64,000 nucleotides of DNA from an uncultured Thermoprotei archaeon (GCA_965367815.1 CBDUKN010000006.1:32001-96000); one strand, 5' to 3'; shown: positions 47,407-58,173, counted from the first letter of the stretch. The notes: generated by a model from the letters alone, not told the origin. A program made the numbers and translations.

Positions 47407-48561
47407 CTAGTTGCTTCTGCTAATAAACTTGAGCAACAGTATTAGCGCCGTGTAGAAAACTAGGATTAGCGCTAAAACTACAAAAGCTGCTTCGTGGCAA
47501 TATATTTGCGCAACGTATCCCCCCAGAAGAGGCCCTGTCATCCGGCCTAGTTCTTGAGCAAGCCCTATTGCTCCAAATGCTTTGCCATAGTCTTCTTTAC
47601 TGATAATCTTGGAGATGTAGGCGTTTCTCGGAGGAGCCGCGACAAATACTTCGTGCATCGATAAAGCTATGGTCAGTGCCAGAGGATCTTTTACGCAGGA
47701 AAGAGCCAATAGAGCAGCTATTCTAGATAATCCTACAAGCGCTAGTAGATTTAGGTCTCCGAGCCTATCAGCTAAAGTGCCTGAATATATTCTCGAAAGA
47801 GAAGCAGTAATGTTTCTCGCTAAAAGCATTAAGCCTAAAACCGTATAGCTATACCCCAGCTTTTCTACAACCCAGTGTGAGAAGATAGGGACTAGTGCTG
47901 CTAGGGAAGCGAAGAGAAAATACGTTGAAATCATTAAGATAATGAATTCTTTTTGCCAAATAGGCTTCCCTGCTATGGTTTCTTCTTTAGCTGTTTTCTG
48001 CTTCTCTATGTTTACTTTACATAAGAGAAGAAAACTTGCTAGCGATAGGAGAACCCCTGTTAAGAAAACTGCTTTAACTCCATAGTTATCTGCAATAAAG
48101 CCTGTGAGCACAGGCGCTACTACTACAGGTGCACTCCTAATAGTGAGTATTACTCCGAAAAGAGTTGCTGTAAAAGCTGTATCTGCAACAATAGTAGCTG
48201 TAGCCGACATGAATGCCGGTAGCTCAAATCCCATCGCTAAAGCTGAGAGCAATAGACCTAAAGCTACGTGAGAAATATTGCTTGATAGGAAGAGTATGAG
48301 GAAAGCTAGAGCGTAAAGCACTCTACTTAGAAGAAAAACAGGTTTATCGCCTAGGCGGTCTCTTATAAGGCCGCTAGCTATTTTCGACAAGGCTCGTGCT
48401 ACTGATATAGCTGAGTAAATAGCTCCTATAAGGAATATATTGCCTCCAAGGCTAGCTATGTAAGGCGGAATAACTATGTAGAGCCCTATTAATCCGACAA
48501 GAGCTAGCGACAAAGAGATACCTACTAGCTTTAAGAGCTCTTTCTTTAACTCACTTCGCAT
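47407..48561 (-). CDS. MFS transporter
   Basis: About 12 TM segments; GLIRDRLGDK and GTLADRLGD motif A. Confidence 0.9.
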   Translation of the reverse strand: MRSELKKELLKLVGISLSLALVGLIGLYIVIPPYIASLGGNIFLIGAIYSAISVARALSKIASGLIRDRLGDKPVFLLSRVLYALAFLILFLSSNISHVALGLLLSALAMGFELPAFMSATATIVADTAFTATLFGVILTIRSAPVVVAPVLTGFIADNYGVKAVFLTGVLLSLASFLLLCKVNIEKQKTAKEETIAGKPIWQKEFIILMISTYFLFASLAALVPIFSHWVVEKLGYSYTVLGLMLLARNITASLSRIYSGTLADRLGDLNLLALVGLSRIAALLALSCVKDPLALTIALSMHEVFVAAPPRNAYISKIISKEDYGKAFGAIGLAQELGRMTGPLLGGYVAQIYCHEAAFVVLALILVFYTALILLLKFISRSN

Positions 48562-48744
48562 TACTCTGCTTTCTACTATACTTCAAAATAAATTAATTTC
48601 TATAGACATTTTTTCAGCAAAAATTAGGAAATATTAAGTAGCTTTACGAGTTACCGAATTACTATAGAAATAAGGAAAATAAATGAACATTAGTGGATCT
48701 ATTCTTAAACGCTTCCTCTAAATCCCGTGTAATTAGTTTCTATG

Positions 48745-49791
48745 CTATTTTCTAAGCACTACGGGTATTTCGCCAAAGTATTCGGCTACAGTCATCACTC
48801 TTACTCCTTCTTTTTCTGCTAGCTCGTATACTTCACGTATTCTTTCAACATACTTTGGTTCTCTCGGTAAATGATGGTCTAGAAAAATAAGTTCTGGAGC
48901 CGCGTCAGTAATTATTCTCTTTATGTTCTCGATAGCTCTCCTCAAGTTTGTTTGATTTAACATATATCCGAGAGTATATGTAGCCGGACCATCTAGCAGT
49001 AAAATGTTTGGTTTTTCGCGTATAATCCAGTCGGCGTAGTCCTCTATTATAGGCCCATTGATATCAGATGAGAAAAGAAGTTTTTTGCCACTGTAGTCTA
49101 CTACAACTCCTATTACCCATCCTACTCTGCTGTACTCTATTCCGTGGAAAAGAGGCTTAGTGAATCTAATGACAGTGCTCCCGTAACTGAATTCTCTGCC
49201 GTCAGCGAAAAAGAGCTTGAATACTTCGCCTTCATGTTCAGGTACACGCTTATAGGACTTCCACTTTTTTACACGGCCTTTGAACCACTCGAAGCCTTTC
49301 TCTAAAAGCTCCTTTTTCCTACGGCTATAGTCGCCGTAGTCTATGCTAGTTGCGTGAGGCAGGTCTTCGAGCGGATGAGGATACTCTTTTTCAACAGGCT
49401 CTTCCATCACTTCATCGAGCGAAATTTCTTCTAGCCCAAAAAGCTTAGAGTAAAATCTCAGTGCTCTTCCTCTTTGAGAATCATTAATGTACTCGTTGGG
49501 TGATTTAGCTAAAATAGTCTTGTTTCTGTAAAGTACTTCGTCAAAGTCTGTGAAGTGGTCATAGTGGTAGTGTGTTATTACTACTACTTGAGCTTTCTTT
49601 GATGCCTCGACTACTTTCTCGTAGCCTACTTCAACCCACTGTTCTTTAAGGTCAGGTGGAGCAGGAAAAGACCCGTGCATAATGGCTACTCCAGGGTCTA
49701 TTAGAATAGTTACGTCAGGAGTCTCGACGAGCGTTGAGAAAGATTTTGCTCCAAGTGAATCAGCCCAGACGGGTTTGAATTTAAGGCTCAT
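48745..49791 (-). CDS. Metallo-beta-lactamase fold hydrolase (UPF0282-like)
   Basis: DSLGAKS, IDPG, THYHYDH, HG, SSD, DGP, DHH. Confidence 0.88.
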   Translation of the reverse strand: MSLKFKPVWADSLGAKSFSTLVETPDVTILIDPGVAIMHGSFPAPPDLKEQWVEVGYEKVVEASKKAQVVVITHYHYDHFTDFDEVLYRNKTILAKSPNEYINDSQRGRALRFYSKLFGLEEISLDEVMEEPVEKEYPHPLEDLPHATSIDYGDYSRRKKELLEKGFEWFKGRVKKWKSYKRVPEHEGEVFKLFFADGREFSYGSTVIRFTKPLFHGIEYSRVGWVIGVVVDYSGKKLLFSSDINGPIIEDYADWIIREKPNILLLDGPATYTLGYMLNQTNLRRAIENIKRIITDAAPELIFLDHHLPREPKYVERIREVYELAEKEGVRVMTVAEYFGEIPVVLRK

Positions 49792-49864
49792 TTCTTTGAT
49801 TATGTGTAATCAGTGACTAAAAATTTTAGCTAGCTTTCGCAAATATAATACCGGGTTAAATTAA

Positions 49865-50206
49865 ATGTCTCTCTTTGAAAAAGTACTAGAAGAGGAGCTA
49901 TTGAAAAGAGAAAGACTTAGGCAAGAAACTTTATTTAAAACAAAGAAAGTTTTAAGAAAGCTAAGAGAAAAAGTATTTTTTGAAAAAGCTTATATTTTTG
50001 GCTCTTTAGTCCGTCCAGGAGAATATAGCATACAATCTGATATAGATATTGCCTTCGAGAAACTAGAGCCAAACAAGCTTTTCTACACAGTAGCTTTTCT
50101 CAGCAGCGAGTTAGGTAGAGAAGTAGATGTAATTGAATTAGAGAAAGCTCCAAGTTTTTTCCGCAAAAAAGTACTAAAAGAGGGAATTTTATGGAAGCCC
50201 GATTAG
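49865..50206 (+). CDS. Minimal nucleotidyltransferase (MNT) antitoxin
   Basis: FGS...SDIDI...VDVI. Confidence 0.9.
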   Translation: MSLFEKVLEEELLKRERLRQETLFKTKKVLRKLREKVFFEKAYIFGSLVRPGEYSIQSDIDIAFEKLEPNKLFYTVAFLSSELGREVDVIELEKAPSFFRKKVLKEGILWKPD

Positions 50207-50718
50207 CAGTTCTTTTTGCAGAAATAGATTATCAGTGGAATCAAATACTAAAGATATATAAAAGTATTGAAGAAAAATTAAAGAGACTTAAAGAAAATAA
50301 AGATAATGAAGATCTCAGAGATTCTCTCGCGTATAGACTTCACAATCTTTACTGCGCTTATGAAGACTTATTTAAAATAATAGCGAAGTTCTTCGAAAAC
50401 CGTATCGAGGACCCTGCTCGATATCACATAGAGCTTTTAAGGAGGATGCTTATTGAAATCAAAGGAATTAGACCAAGCCTTATTTCTGAAGAGAGTTATA
50501 CTTATTTAAATGAACTTAGAGGCTTTCGTCATGTATTTAGACACGCTTATGCAATAGAGCTTGATGTAGATAAAATTATTGCTCTTGCTGAAAAATCTCT
50601 TATATTAAAATCGTTATTTGAAGAAGATTTAAAAAGATTTAAAAGAAAGCTTTATGAAATGTTCTCTAAGAAAACTGACTGCTCTAAGCAATTTTATACT
50701 AGTGAACATTGCTATTAA
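50191..50718 (+). CDS. HEPN RNase toxin (HepT-like)
   Basis: LHNLY..YE and FRHVFRHAY (Rx4H); overlaps the MNT gene. Confidence 0.88.
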   Translation: MEARLAVLFAEIDYQWNQILKIYKSIEEKLKRLKENKDNEDLRDSLAYRLHNLYCAYEDLFKIIAKFFENRIEDPARYHIELLRRMLIEIKGIRPSLISEESYTYLNELRGFRHVFRHAYAIELDVDKIIALAEKSLILKSLFEEDLKRFKRKLYEMFSKKTDCSKQFYTSEHCY

Positions 50719-51819
50719 AGTTAATAGAACTACTGCATAGGCTTGAATTAAGCAATAGGGTCCGATAGTATCATATATATGGCCTAGTATTAGTGGGCCT
50801 ACTACTGCTCCGAGGTTTCCTGTCAAGTTTACTAAACCTATCAAGAGTCCTCTACGAGCTGCCTTTACTTTACCCATAACAGCTCTAGTCAAAGGATACA
50901 TTGCTGAGAATGAGCCTAAAAGGATTCCTAGAGAAGCCGCTAAAATAACGTAGTCGTGGCTGTAAACGCCCGTCAGAGAAAGTATTCCTATGATAAAACC
51001 TATTAGCGACCCTATTATCCAGTCGGTTTTATCTGCAAGAAAACCTATCATTAGGCTCAATGTAAGGCTTATAAAAGTCACTATAGACATTGTGCTTGAA
51101 GCCAGTTCTTCGCTATACCTGGGAACATCTCTGAGGTAGAGTAAGACTAATGGACGTGTACTAACAATCAGTCCTGCTAGAAACATTGCCGTGAGAGCGA
51201 GCGCTACTTCAGTTACATGAATTTTCTCTGTTACATGCTTTTTCTCAACTATAGTAGTGTAGCGGCGGGCTAAAGGTGTAGCTGAAAAAGCCATGAGGAT
51301 TAAAATGGATGAAGCACATAGAAATGCTTCAAAGTAGTTGCCAGCATAGAAACTCGAGTAAGCAAGATAACTTAGTACAGAGCCTAGAGAGCCTAGCGCA
51401 AAGTAAATAGACATTATGCTTGATCTCCAACTAGACGGTGATAACTCTACTACGATAGTTTGAACACTTGGCCATAGTACGCCTGAGGCAATTCCATTTA
51501 GAAACGAGAATAATATTAGCTGAGTCCATGCATTGGATAAAGCATACCCTAGTGCCACAAAGGAATTTAAAGCGAATCCCATTACAGCGAACACTCCTCT
51601 ACGCTTAATCTTGTCACTAATGTAGCCGGAGACAACTGCTGCGAGTCCTCGAGTAATCATGAAAGCTGAAGTAAAGCTACCTATCACTAGTGCAGAAAAA
51701 CCAAGAGCTCTAGCCTTGAATGTGAGAGCGGTGTTTGACATTATTTGAGCAAAGTTTCCTAAAAGCGGAAAACATGCTACCGTCCACAGTAACAGCGGTA
51801 GCGATATTTTCTTAGACAC
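50629..51819 (-). CDS. MFS transporter
   Basis: About 12 TM segments; GYISDKIKRR, GFLADK. Confidence 0.9.
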   Translation of the reverse strand: MSKKISLPLLLWTVACFPLLGNFAQIMSNTALTFKARALGFSALVIGSFTSAFMITRGLAAVVSGYISDKIKRRGVFAVMGFALNSFVALGYALSNAWTQLILFSFLNGIASGVLWPSVQTIVVELSPSSWRSSIMSIYFALGSLGSVLSYLAYSSFYAGNYFEAFLCASSILILMAFSATPLARRYTTIVEKKHVTEKIHVTEVALALTAMFLAGLIVSTRPLVLLYLRDVPRYSEELASSTMSIVTFISLTLSLMIGFLADKTDWIIGSLIGFIIGILSLTGVYSHDYVILAASLGILLGSFSAMYPLTRAVMGKVKAARRGLLIGLVNLTGNLGAVVGPLILGHIYDTIGPYCLIQAYAVVLLTLIAMFTSIKLLRAVSFLREHFIKLSFKSF

Positions 51820-51850
51820 TCAACTTAATATAAAGCAGTTTATTTAAGTC

Positions 51851-52975
51851 TTAGTAATTAGTCTGAGTCGGAGCCTTGTGCTCGTAGTAAGGACTATAAG
51901 CTACTTTTTTCGAAGGCTTGTAGGATATACCGTATATAACTATGATTAAGCCGACAATTATTACTGCAATAGATACTATTCTAAATATTTGAAGAAACAT
52001 GAGTTCAGATGGTTTTCTGCGAAATTCCTTTAGTTCCTTTAACACTACTTTTTTCCTATCTAATATACTGTTCCCCGATAATAGCTCTACTACTACAACT
52101 TCGCTGCTTTTTCTTCCTAATAAAGGTACTTCGACAAATATTTGTTCCCCAGCCTTAATGTAGACTTTAACTGTCTGCTCTAAGTCTTCAGCAAGAACCC
52201 TTAAGTAGAAATACCCAGAAGTACTTGAATTGTTTTCTATAGTTACTTCTATACCTGCAGGTACTTTAGATACATTAACTATTTTTCCATAGAGCTTAGG
52301 TCTTGAAGCAAATTTAATTCTGGGTAGTTTAACGTAAAAAATATAGTAGTCGGGTGCTTGTAACTCGTTGTAGTTTACCCAGAGTAAACTTGATTTTGTT
52401 TCTTTGAGAGGCCCGTGAGCCGATGCAGGTAGCCAAGTATAATTGACTAGAGTTGCTCCTTTGCTGAACTCAACTGAGAGGATGTCTATCCAGCTTCTTG
52501 GGTCTCTGTGCGTATAGCTATCTCTTATTGTTATTTCGTAAAGGTTTTCGTCTATTTTTCGAATAAACTCGCTTGTATTAAGGTATATTAGCACTTCGAT
52601 AATGTATGCTCCTTTCATTTTACTTAACTTACCGGTGTTTCCTACGTCGCATAGTACTATTGTATTATCGTTTTTACTGAATTCTATTAGAACTTTATAC
52701 TTTATTGTGTCTGGTGAGTTTGCGAACATCAAGAGTATTTCTTCAACTATCTGTCTTGATGAAGCTTTTAAGTTTTCTTCTATTCTTCTATCTCCGTAAA
52801 GGCTTTTTCCTTCAGAAGTAAATGGATGTAGCTTAGCTTTAACTATTGTAGTGCCGTCGCCCGATATGTTTACTTCAAAGTTGAGTGCAATCCAGTAGCG
52901 CTCTTCTTGAGATTTTACTTCTGCTAAGAGAGCTAATGTAAGTAGAATTACTATAAGGAGAACTATTTTTCTCAT
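51851..52975 (-). CDS. Secreted, C-terminally anchored hypothetical protein
   Basis: Signal peptide, beta-rich body, C-terminal TM. Confidence 0.75.
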   Translation of the reverse strand: MRKIVLLIVILLTLALLAEVKSQEERYWIALNFEVNISGDGTTIVKAKLHPFTSEGKSLYGDRRIEENLKASSRQIVEEILLMFANSPDTIKYKVLIEFSKNDNTIVLCDVGNTGKLSKMKGAYIIEVLIYLNTSEFIRKIDENLYEITIRDSYTHRDPRSWIDILSVEFSKGATLVNYTWLPASAHGPLKETKSSLLWVNYNELQAPDYYIFYVKLPRIKFASRPKLYGKIVNVSKVPAGIEVTIENNSSTSGYFYLRVLAEDLEQTVKVYIKAGEQIFVEVPLLGRKSSEVVVVELLSGNSILDRKKVVLKELKEFRRKPSELMFLQIFRIVSIAVIIVGLIIVIYGISYKPSKKVAYSPYYEHKAPTQTNY

Positions 52976-52987
52976 AACTTACCCCCT

Positions 52988-54022
52988 CTACTTAGGTTTG
53001 AACTTCATTTCAATATACTCTAGAGTCAAGTAGCTTGGTGCACAGAGATTACCTAGAGCTGTTCCATAGTACTTTGTTTCCTCTATGCCGAAAACTATGT
53101 GTAAATTGGAGTAGTCTCCAAGCTTTACTCGAGGTTCTTCTAGAAGCTCTACGTCGACCCAGCCCCATGGAGGCAAATATACTTGGCTCCACATATGGCC
53201 TCCCCAGTGTCTTAAGAGTTTTTCTCCTTCATACCAGGCAGTAGACATATTGATCCATAATTTGGACTCGTGTTTGCTGAGAAGCATTCCGAAAACTGTG
53301 CGCGCAGGTATGCCGAGTATTCTCATAAGCGTTACATAGACATCGGCTACTTCAGTACAGTCTCCTCTAATGATATAGCCTAGAGATGTCTTGACTAAAG
53401 CTCCGTCTGAGCCTACACGTGTCATGAGAATTGTATATGATATGTGGCTTTGAACCCATTTAGCCACATTTATGGCTATTTCAAGCGGCGTAGACCCCTT
53501 TCTCAGTTTATACGCTAGATCTACTACATCTTCTCTTTCAGTATTCCATAGTCTTGTTTTAACAGTATATTTTGCGACCATAGAGTAGCTAGGCCACTTG
53601 CTTTCATTGACATTAAAGAATATCTTGTAGCCAGAGACTTTCACTAAGTAAGTGGCATTAATCCACACTTTTTCGCCAGGCTCTGCTTTAACAACAACTA
53701 CTGCAAAAGTATTTCCGTCTTCATCTCTCTCAATTTTAGTGGGCTTAGGTATCATTGAGAATAGATATGCTTTCTGGTAAGTAGTATTACGGGGTAGTGT
53801 TACATAAACATAGTCCTTGATAGGTATTTTATATGTGTTTACTACAAGATATTTTGCTTTAACAACATATGTTATATTGTAAAATACTATTGATGATTTT
53901 TCGAAGGACGGAATAGTTTCTTCTTTAATTTGAATTCTGTTCTCAATTTCGACTGAAATATAGTACAAGAAAATTCCTATAATAATAACCATTAAACCTA
54001 CAGCTACTTCTATCTTCTCCAC
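52988..54022 (-). CDS. Transglutaminase-like protein with N-terminal TM
   Basis: GDCTE, RILGIPAR, GHMW, GWVD. Confidence 0.9.
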   Translation of the reverse strand: MEKIEVAVGLMVIIIGIFLYYISVEIENRIQIKEETIPSFEKSSIVFYNITYVVKAKYLVVNTYKIPIKDYVYVTLPRNTTYQKAYLFSMIPKPTKIERDEDGNTFAVVVVKAEPGEKVWINATYLVKVSGYKIFFNVNESKWPSYSMVAKYTVKTRLWNTEREDVVDLAYKLRKGSTPLEIAINVAKWVQSHISYTILMTRVGSDGALVKTSLGYIIRGDCTEVADVYVTLMRILGIPARTVFGMLLSKHESKLWINMSTAWYEGEKLLRHWGGHMWSQVYLPPWGWVDVELLEEPRVKLGDYSNLHIVFGIEETKYYGTALGNLCAPSYLTLEYIEMKFKPK

Positions 54023-54087
54023 AGTTTAAATAACTTAGAGATCATTAATAAAAGCTTGGCGAACAATAAACACTCAATTATAGCTGA

Positions 54088-55323
54088 CTATTTGCCTCTA
54101 ACTGCTTTTCCCTCTTCTGCCCTTCTAGCTATTTTAGCCGCTATATTGATTAAGTCTTGTGCTGTAAGCTGCTCGTCACCTATCTCTGGTACTTCTCCCG
54201 TTAAGCTTATTAGCCCGGATCTAGGAATTCCCAGTTTCTTCATGTTTTCCATAGCTCTGCGCGCTTCACTTGAAGTAATTGAGCCTATTTTCACTTCGTA
54301 GCCTATAATGGGAGTATTTCCGCTCAGCAGTATTATATCTACATCTTCGCCTCCTGGTAGTACTACATAGGCTCTCGTGAGATTCTTATACTGCGCTAGC
54401 AGCTCTCCTATAAAGAACTGGACTTCTAGTCCGAGCTTTCCTACTATAGTTTCACGCGAAGGATAAAGTCCTAACTCACTGTACTTTTCGTCAAGATAAA
54501 GTAGAATTGATAGAAGACTTGATCTATGTTTATAAAATGCTCTTGCTCCACGTGTTCGCCATAAACGAACTTTCTCTACGAGACCCATGTCGACTAACTG
54601 ATTAAGAATTCCTGTAACGACTCCGGCTTCCGGTCTTTGAATAAGTTTAGCTTCATAGAGTTTTTGCGCCAAGTCTCGAGAAGACCAGTATCCAAGTGCA
54701 AGAAATCTCAAAACAGCGTCATAAAGCCTTGTAAGTTTCCTCTCCTCTTCCTCAAAAATTTCGCCTACAAGACCAGTAGCTGAACTGGCTAGAAGCCTAT
54801 AATTCGACTTCAATTTATCTACAATTTCTCCCCCTACTTTCATAACTCCGAGAATCCAGGGATCACGAGCTATGCAAGCCCAGAGTATAGCGTTCTTATA
54901 GTCAAATATTTTTGCGAACGCGAGAATAGAGTCTGCTGGAGAGACTAAGTCTACTTTAAATGGCACAAAAAGACCTAGTAGAGGACTTTTCTCGCTAAAA
55001 ACTTTTCTAGTAACAGATAAACTAGACCCACATAGAACTAGTCTTCCATGAACATCAAGTTTCTTAAGAGCTATAAAGCCCCATAAATGTTCAGGAAGCC
55101 TCTGAAACTCATCTACTATACCTAGACCCCCGCCTGAAATAACCTCAAATACTCTCTTCAAAGCGCTTTCATAATTCTGCACCTCAATACCTTTTCCCCT
55201 TTCTTCAACAAAGCACATCCCTGTCCGAGAAACAAGAATATAAATGTTCCAGTCTAAGTACTTCCTTAACATAAATGTCTTACCAGTTTTACGCCTTCCG
55301 TAAACAAGAGTCCACGCATCCAT
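54088..55323 (-). CDS. Archaeal ATPase with wHTH and C-terminal PD-(D/E)xK-like domain
   Basis: YGRRKTGKT, VDEFQ, CGSS, DVDI...YEVK. Confidence 0.88.
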   Translation of the reverse strand: MDAWTLVYGRRKTGKTFMLRKYLDWNIYILVSRTGMCFVEERGKGIEVQNYESALKRVFEVISGGGLGIVDEFQRLPEHLWGFIALKKLDVHGRLVLCGSSLSVTRKVFSEKSPLLGLFVPFKVDLVSPADSILAFAKIFDYKNAILWACIARDPWILGVMKVGGEIVDKLKSNYRLLASSATGLVGEIFEEEERKLTRLYDAVLRFLALGYWSSRDLAQKLYEAKLIQRPEAGVVTGILNQLVDMGLVEKVRLWRTRGARAFYKHRSSLLSILLYLDEKYSELGLYPSRETIVGKLGLEVQFFIGELLAQYKNLTRAYVVLPGGEDVDIILLSGNTPIIGYEVKIGSITSSEARRAMENMKKLGIPRSGLISLTGEVPEIGDEQLTAQDLINIAAKIARRAEEGKAVRGK

Positions 55324-55364
55324 TTCCTTGAGTTTACTACATTCCCATCTATCTATTATAATCT

Positions 55365-55399
55365 GAATATTCTCACTAGAATATTCGCGCCAGAATATT
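55365..55399. repeat. Three GAATATT boxes at 14-bp spacing upstream of the ATPase
   Basis: Copies at 55365, 55379 and 55393; the first two are the palindrome GAATATTC; adjacent to a minus-strand TTTATATA. Confidence 0.6.
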
Positions 55400-55598
55400 A
55401 TATAAAGCTAGCTTACCTACTTCAATGACCGCTGATATTCCTAGCTAATTTAATATTGAAGTAAAATTTCATTTAAGTGCTCTTAAAATTACTTATATAT
55501 CAATTTTTCACAACTAAAGTAAATAGTTTAAATATTGGTCATTATATAGCTTCAATTAAATATTACAATATTTTAAAATAAATATTTAAATATTCGGC

Positions 55599-56831
55599 CT
55601 ACTTTAGCTTAGAGAAATATTTTGTTTTCATTTCAATGAATTTTTCTGAAGCCTTTTCTCCATAATCTTCTATAAGTTTTTTAGCGAAGTTCTTGAAGTC
55701 TTCTAGGAAAACTGTTTTTCTTCCCTGCATTTCAGAGTAGTAGGCTGAGTCAATAATTGCCATTACTTCAGCTGCATATTCTTCATTTAGTATCGACTTT
55801 GTTCCTGTTAGAATGCATTTGCACATATATCTTATTTCGCTCAAGATGGGAGATTTTGCTCCCGCAACCTCTATTAGCCTCGATGAACCAGAGTACTCTC
55901 GAAACTCTAAGTAGACTTTATCGTCTTTTCTAACATCTCTCAAGACTCCTTTTGTACCAAAAACCATTATTGACTCAAACTCTTTTCCACTCCACGCTCC
56001 CTCTATGAGAGCTGTTGTCTGCGAGAAGTCTTCAGGGTCTTCAAATCTTATAATGACATGAGCATCGTCCTCGACTTTTATTCTAGTGTAGTAGTCGTCT
56101 ATAAAGCGGTACTTTGAACGAATAGTTATGCCAGTAAATTTTTCTGCCTTAACTGCTACTGGCTCTTTATTTAAGCCCGCTAAGTACCATGCTATTCCTA
56201 TTGCGTGAACACCCATATCGAGGAGGGAACCTCCTCCGCCGACTTCGGAATCCCAGAACCAGGCTTTTCCCTCAGGTCCTAAGTGCGAGCACGGAACAAT
56301 GAGATACTCTATTTCGCCTAATAGCCCTGTCTCTAGAGTTTTTCTCATTAAATACACTACTGGTGCAAAAATATAGTTCTCGTTTACTTGGAAAAACTTG
56401 CCTGACTCTTTAACTGCTTCAACTATTTTCAGGGCCTCAATATAGGTTCTAGCAGGAGGTTTTTCTACCATAGCGTTTACTCCAGCTTTAAGGGCATCAA
56501 CAGCTATAGGCGCATGGTACTTGTGAGGCGTACATATGTCAGCTAAATCTAAGTCTTCTTTATTCAACATTTCTTTGTAGTCTCGGTATACTTTAATCTC
56601 GGAAACTATTTGCGACAATCGGTCGGCTTCGTCGTCGAGCCCTGTTTCTTTTAGATGCTGAATTTCCTTTGAAAAGACTTCTTTTACTCTCTTTAAAGCA
56701 AACTTAAGGGATTTTTCCGCAGGATCTGCTAAAGCTACTAGTCTAGCTTCCTTTATTTTAGGATATGCTGGAAGATGTCCCCATGTAAAAATTCCTCCAA
56801 CGCCTATCGCACCTACTCTGACTTCTTTCAT
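55599..56831 (-). CDS. Gfo/Idh/MocA oxidoreductase
   Basis: GVGGI, CTP..H, VEKP, GGGSLLDMGVH. Confidence 0.92.
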   Translation of the reverse strand: MKEVRVGAIGVGGIFTWGHLPAYPKIKEARLVALADPAEKSLKFALKRVKEVFSKEIQHLKETGLDDEADRLSQIVSEIKVYRDYKEMLNKEDLDLADICTPHKYHAPIAVDALKAGVNAMVEKPPARTYIEALKIVEAVKESGKFFQVNENYIFAPVVYLMRKTLETGLLGEIEYLIVPCSHLGPEGKAWFWDSEVGGGGSLLDMGVHAIGIAWYLAGLNKEPVAVKAEKFTGITIRSKYRFIDDYYTRIKVEDDAHVIIRFEDPEDFSQTTALIEGAWSGKEFESIMVFGTKGVLRDVRKDDKVYLEFREYSGSSRLIEVAGAKSPILSEIRYMCKCILTGTKSILNEEYAAEVMAIIDSAYYSEMQGRKTVFLEDFKNFAKKLIEDYGEKASEKFIEMKTKYFSKLK

Positions 56832-56876
56832 TGCTTACCGAAAGCCTTTCACTTAGTTAAAATAAATGATTTTTGC

Positions 56877-57899
56877 TCACCACTTGACTCCATATTTTTC
56901 AACTACTTCTTCTATTCTTTTAACGTCATAGTCTGTCAGCTTAATTTCCAGTGCGCCGAGGTTTTCTTCTAAATGCTCTAGCTTTGATACACTTACTATG
57001 GGGACTATGGTTACGCCTAACTCTTTCTGTTTATGCAGAACCCATGCTATAGCTAGCTGAGCTATAGTAGCGTCTTTTTCCTTAGCTATTTCCTTAAGCT
57101 CTTTGAGCATCTCGTAGTACCGCTTTAAACTAATGATGCTTTTAAGCTTCTTAGAAATAGTTGCTCTCGAGAGCTCAGGTATTCCCTTCAAGTATTTCTC
57201 TGTAAGAAGTCCTTGAGCTAGCGGAGAATAAGCCATAATTGCTAAGCTGTATCTCCTAGCTATAGGTATCTTCGTTTTCTCGATTTCTCTATTCAGGAGA
57301 CTATAGGGCTCCTGTATTGTAATATAGCTGTGAAGCCTATACTCTCTAGCTAACTCCATTGCTTCAATAATTTTTTCTGGCGGATGATTTGAGGAACCTA
57401 TGTAGTGGACCTTACCCTGGCGCACTAGGTCGTCAAAAGCCATCAGTGTTTCGAGGAGAGGGGTATTTGGATCATAGATATGCGCTAAATATACGTCAAC
57501 GTAGTCCATTTGCAGCCTCTTTAAGCTCTCTTTAACCTGCCACATAATATGCTTGCGCGAAAGCCCTTCAGCATTAGGCCAGGGAGCCATACGTCCTCCA
57601 ACTTTAGTTACTATAACAAAGCTCTCTCTATCGTATTCTTTAAGCACTTCACCGAGCACACACTCAGCATTGCCTACATGCGTGAGAGGCACAGGTGATA
57701 CAGCTCCATGATACCTGTTGGCAGTATCAATGAAGTTTATTCCGTGGTCAAAGGCATATTTAATGATCCTTCTTACTTCATTTACATCTACTTTATGCAC
57801 GCCATACTCGTCTACTTCCTTTGATCTAGGTAAGAACCATGAGCCCATACAGAGCTTCGATACTAGCAGTCCGCTTGAACCAAATCTGACATACTCCAT
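56877..57899 (-). CDS. Aldo/keto reductase
   Basis: IDTANRY, TKV, SLKRLQMDYVDVYLAH, YSPLAQGLL. Confidence 0.95.
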   Translation of the reverse strand: MEYVRFGSSGLLVSKLCMGSWFLPRSKEVDEYGVHKVDVNEVRRIIKYAFDHGINFIDTANRYHGAVSPVPLTHVGNAECVLGEVLKEYDRESFVIVTKVGGRMAPWPNAEGLSRKHIMWQVKESLKRLQMDYVDVYLAHIYDPNTPLLETLMAFDDLVRQGKVHYIGSSNHPPEKIIEAMELAREYRLHSYITIQEPYSLLNREIEKTKIPIARRYSLAIMAYSPLAQGLLTEKYLKGIPELSRATISKKLKSIISLKRYYEMLKELKEIAKEKDATIAQLAIAWVLHKQKELGVTIVPIVSVSKLEHLEENLGALEIKLTDYDVKRIEEVVEKYGVKW

Positions 57900-57972
57900 G
57901 TTATCCCCTAAATTAGGTTCGCTGCAAATAAAATAGTTAGCGCTGGATCTAAGAAAAGCTGAGCCTTTGCTG

Positions 57973-58173
57973 CTACTTAGCTAAAAGAAGGTATTTTGAA
58001 TAATTCCAGTAGCTACAGGGCTTGTTGACTGTCCTTGAAACTCTTTCAACAGACTCTCTTCCCTTTAATATAGTTTCATAGTAGGCGAGAACAGCTGCTA
58101 TTACTACAGCCTTTTCTTCTTCAGATAAATTGTCAGCGCCCATTATTTTAACTTTAATACCCATATTCTGCAT
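57973..58173 (-). CDS. Small protein resembling acyl-CoA carboxylase epsilon/OadG-type linker peptides
   Basis: LSEEEKAVVIAAVLAY followed by a Trp near the C-terminus. Confidence 0.5.
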   Translation of the reverse strand: MQNMGIKVKIMGADNLSEEEKAVVIAAVLAYYETILKGRESVERVSRTVNKPCSYWNYSKYLLLAK

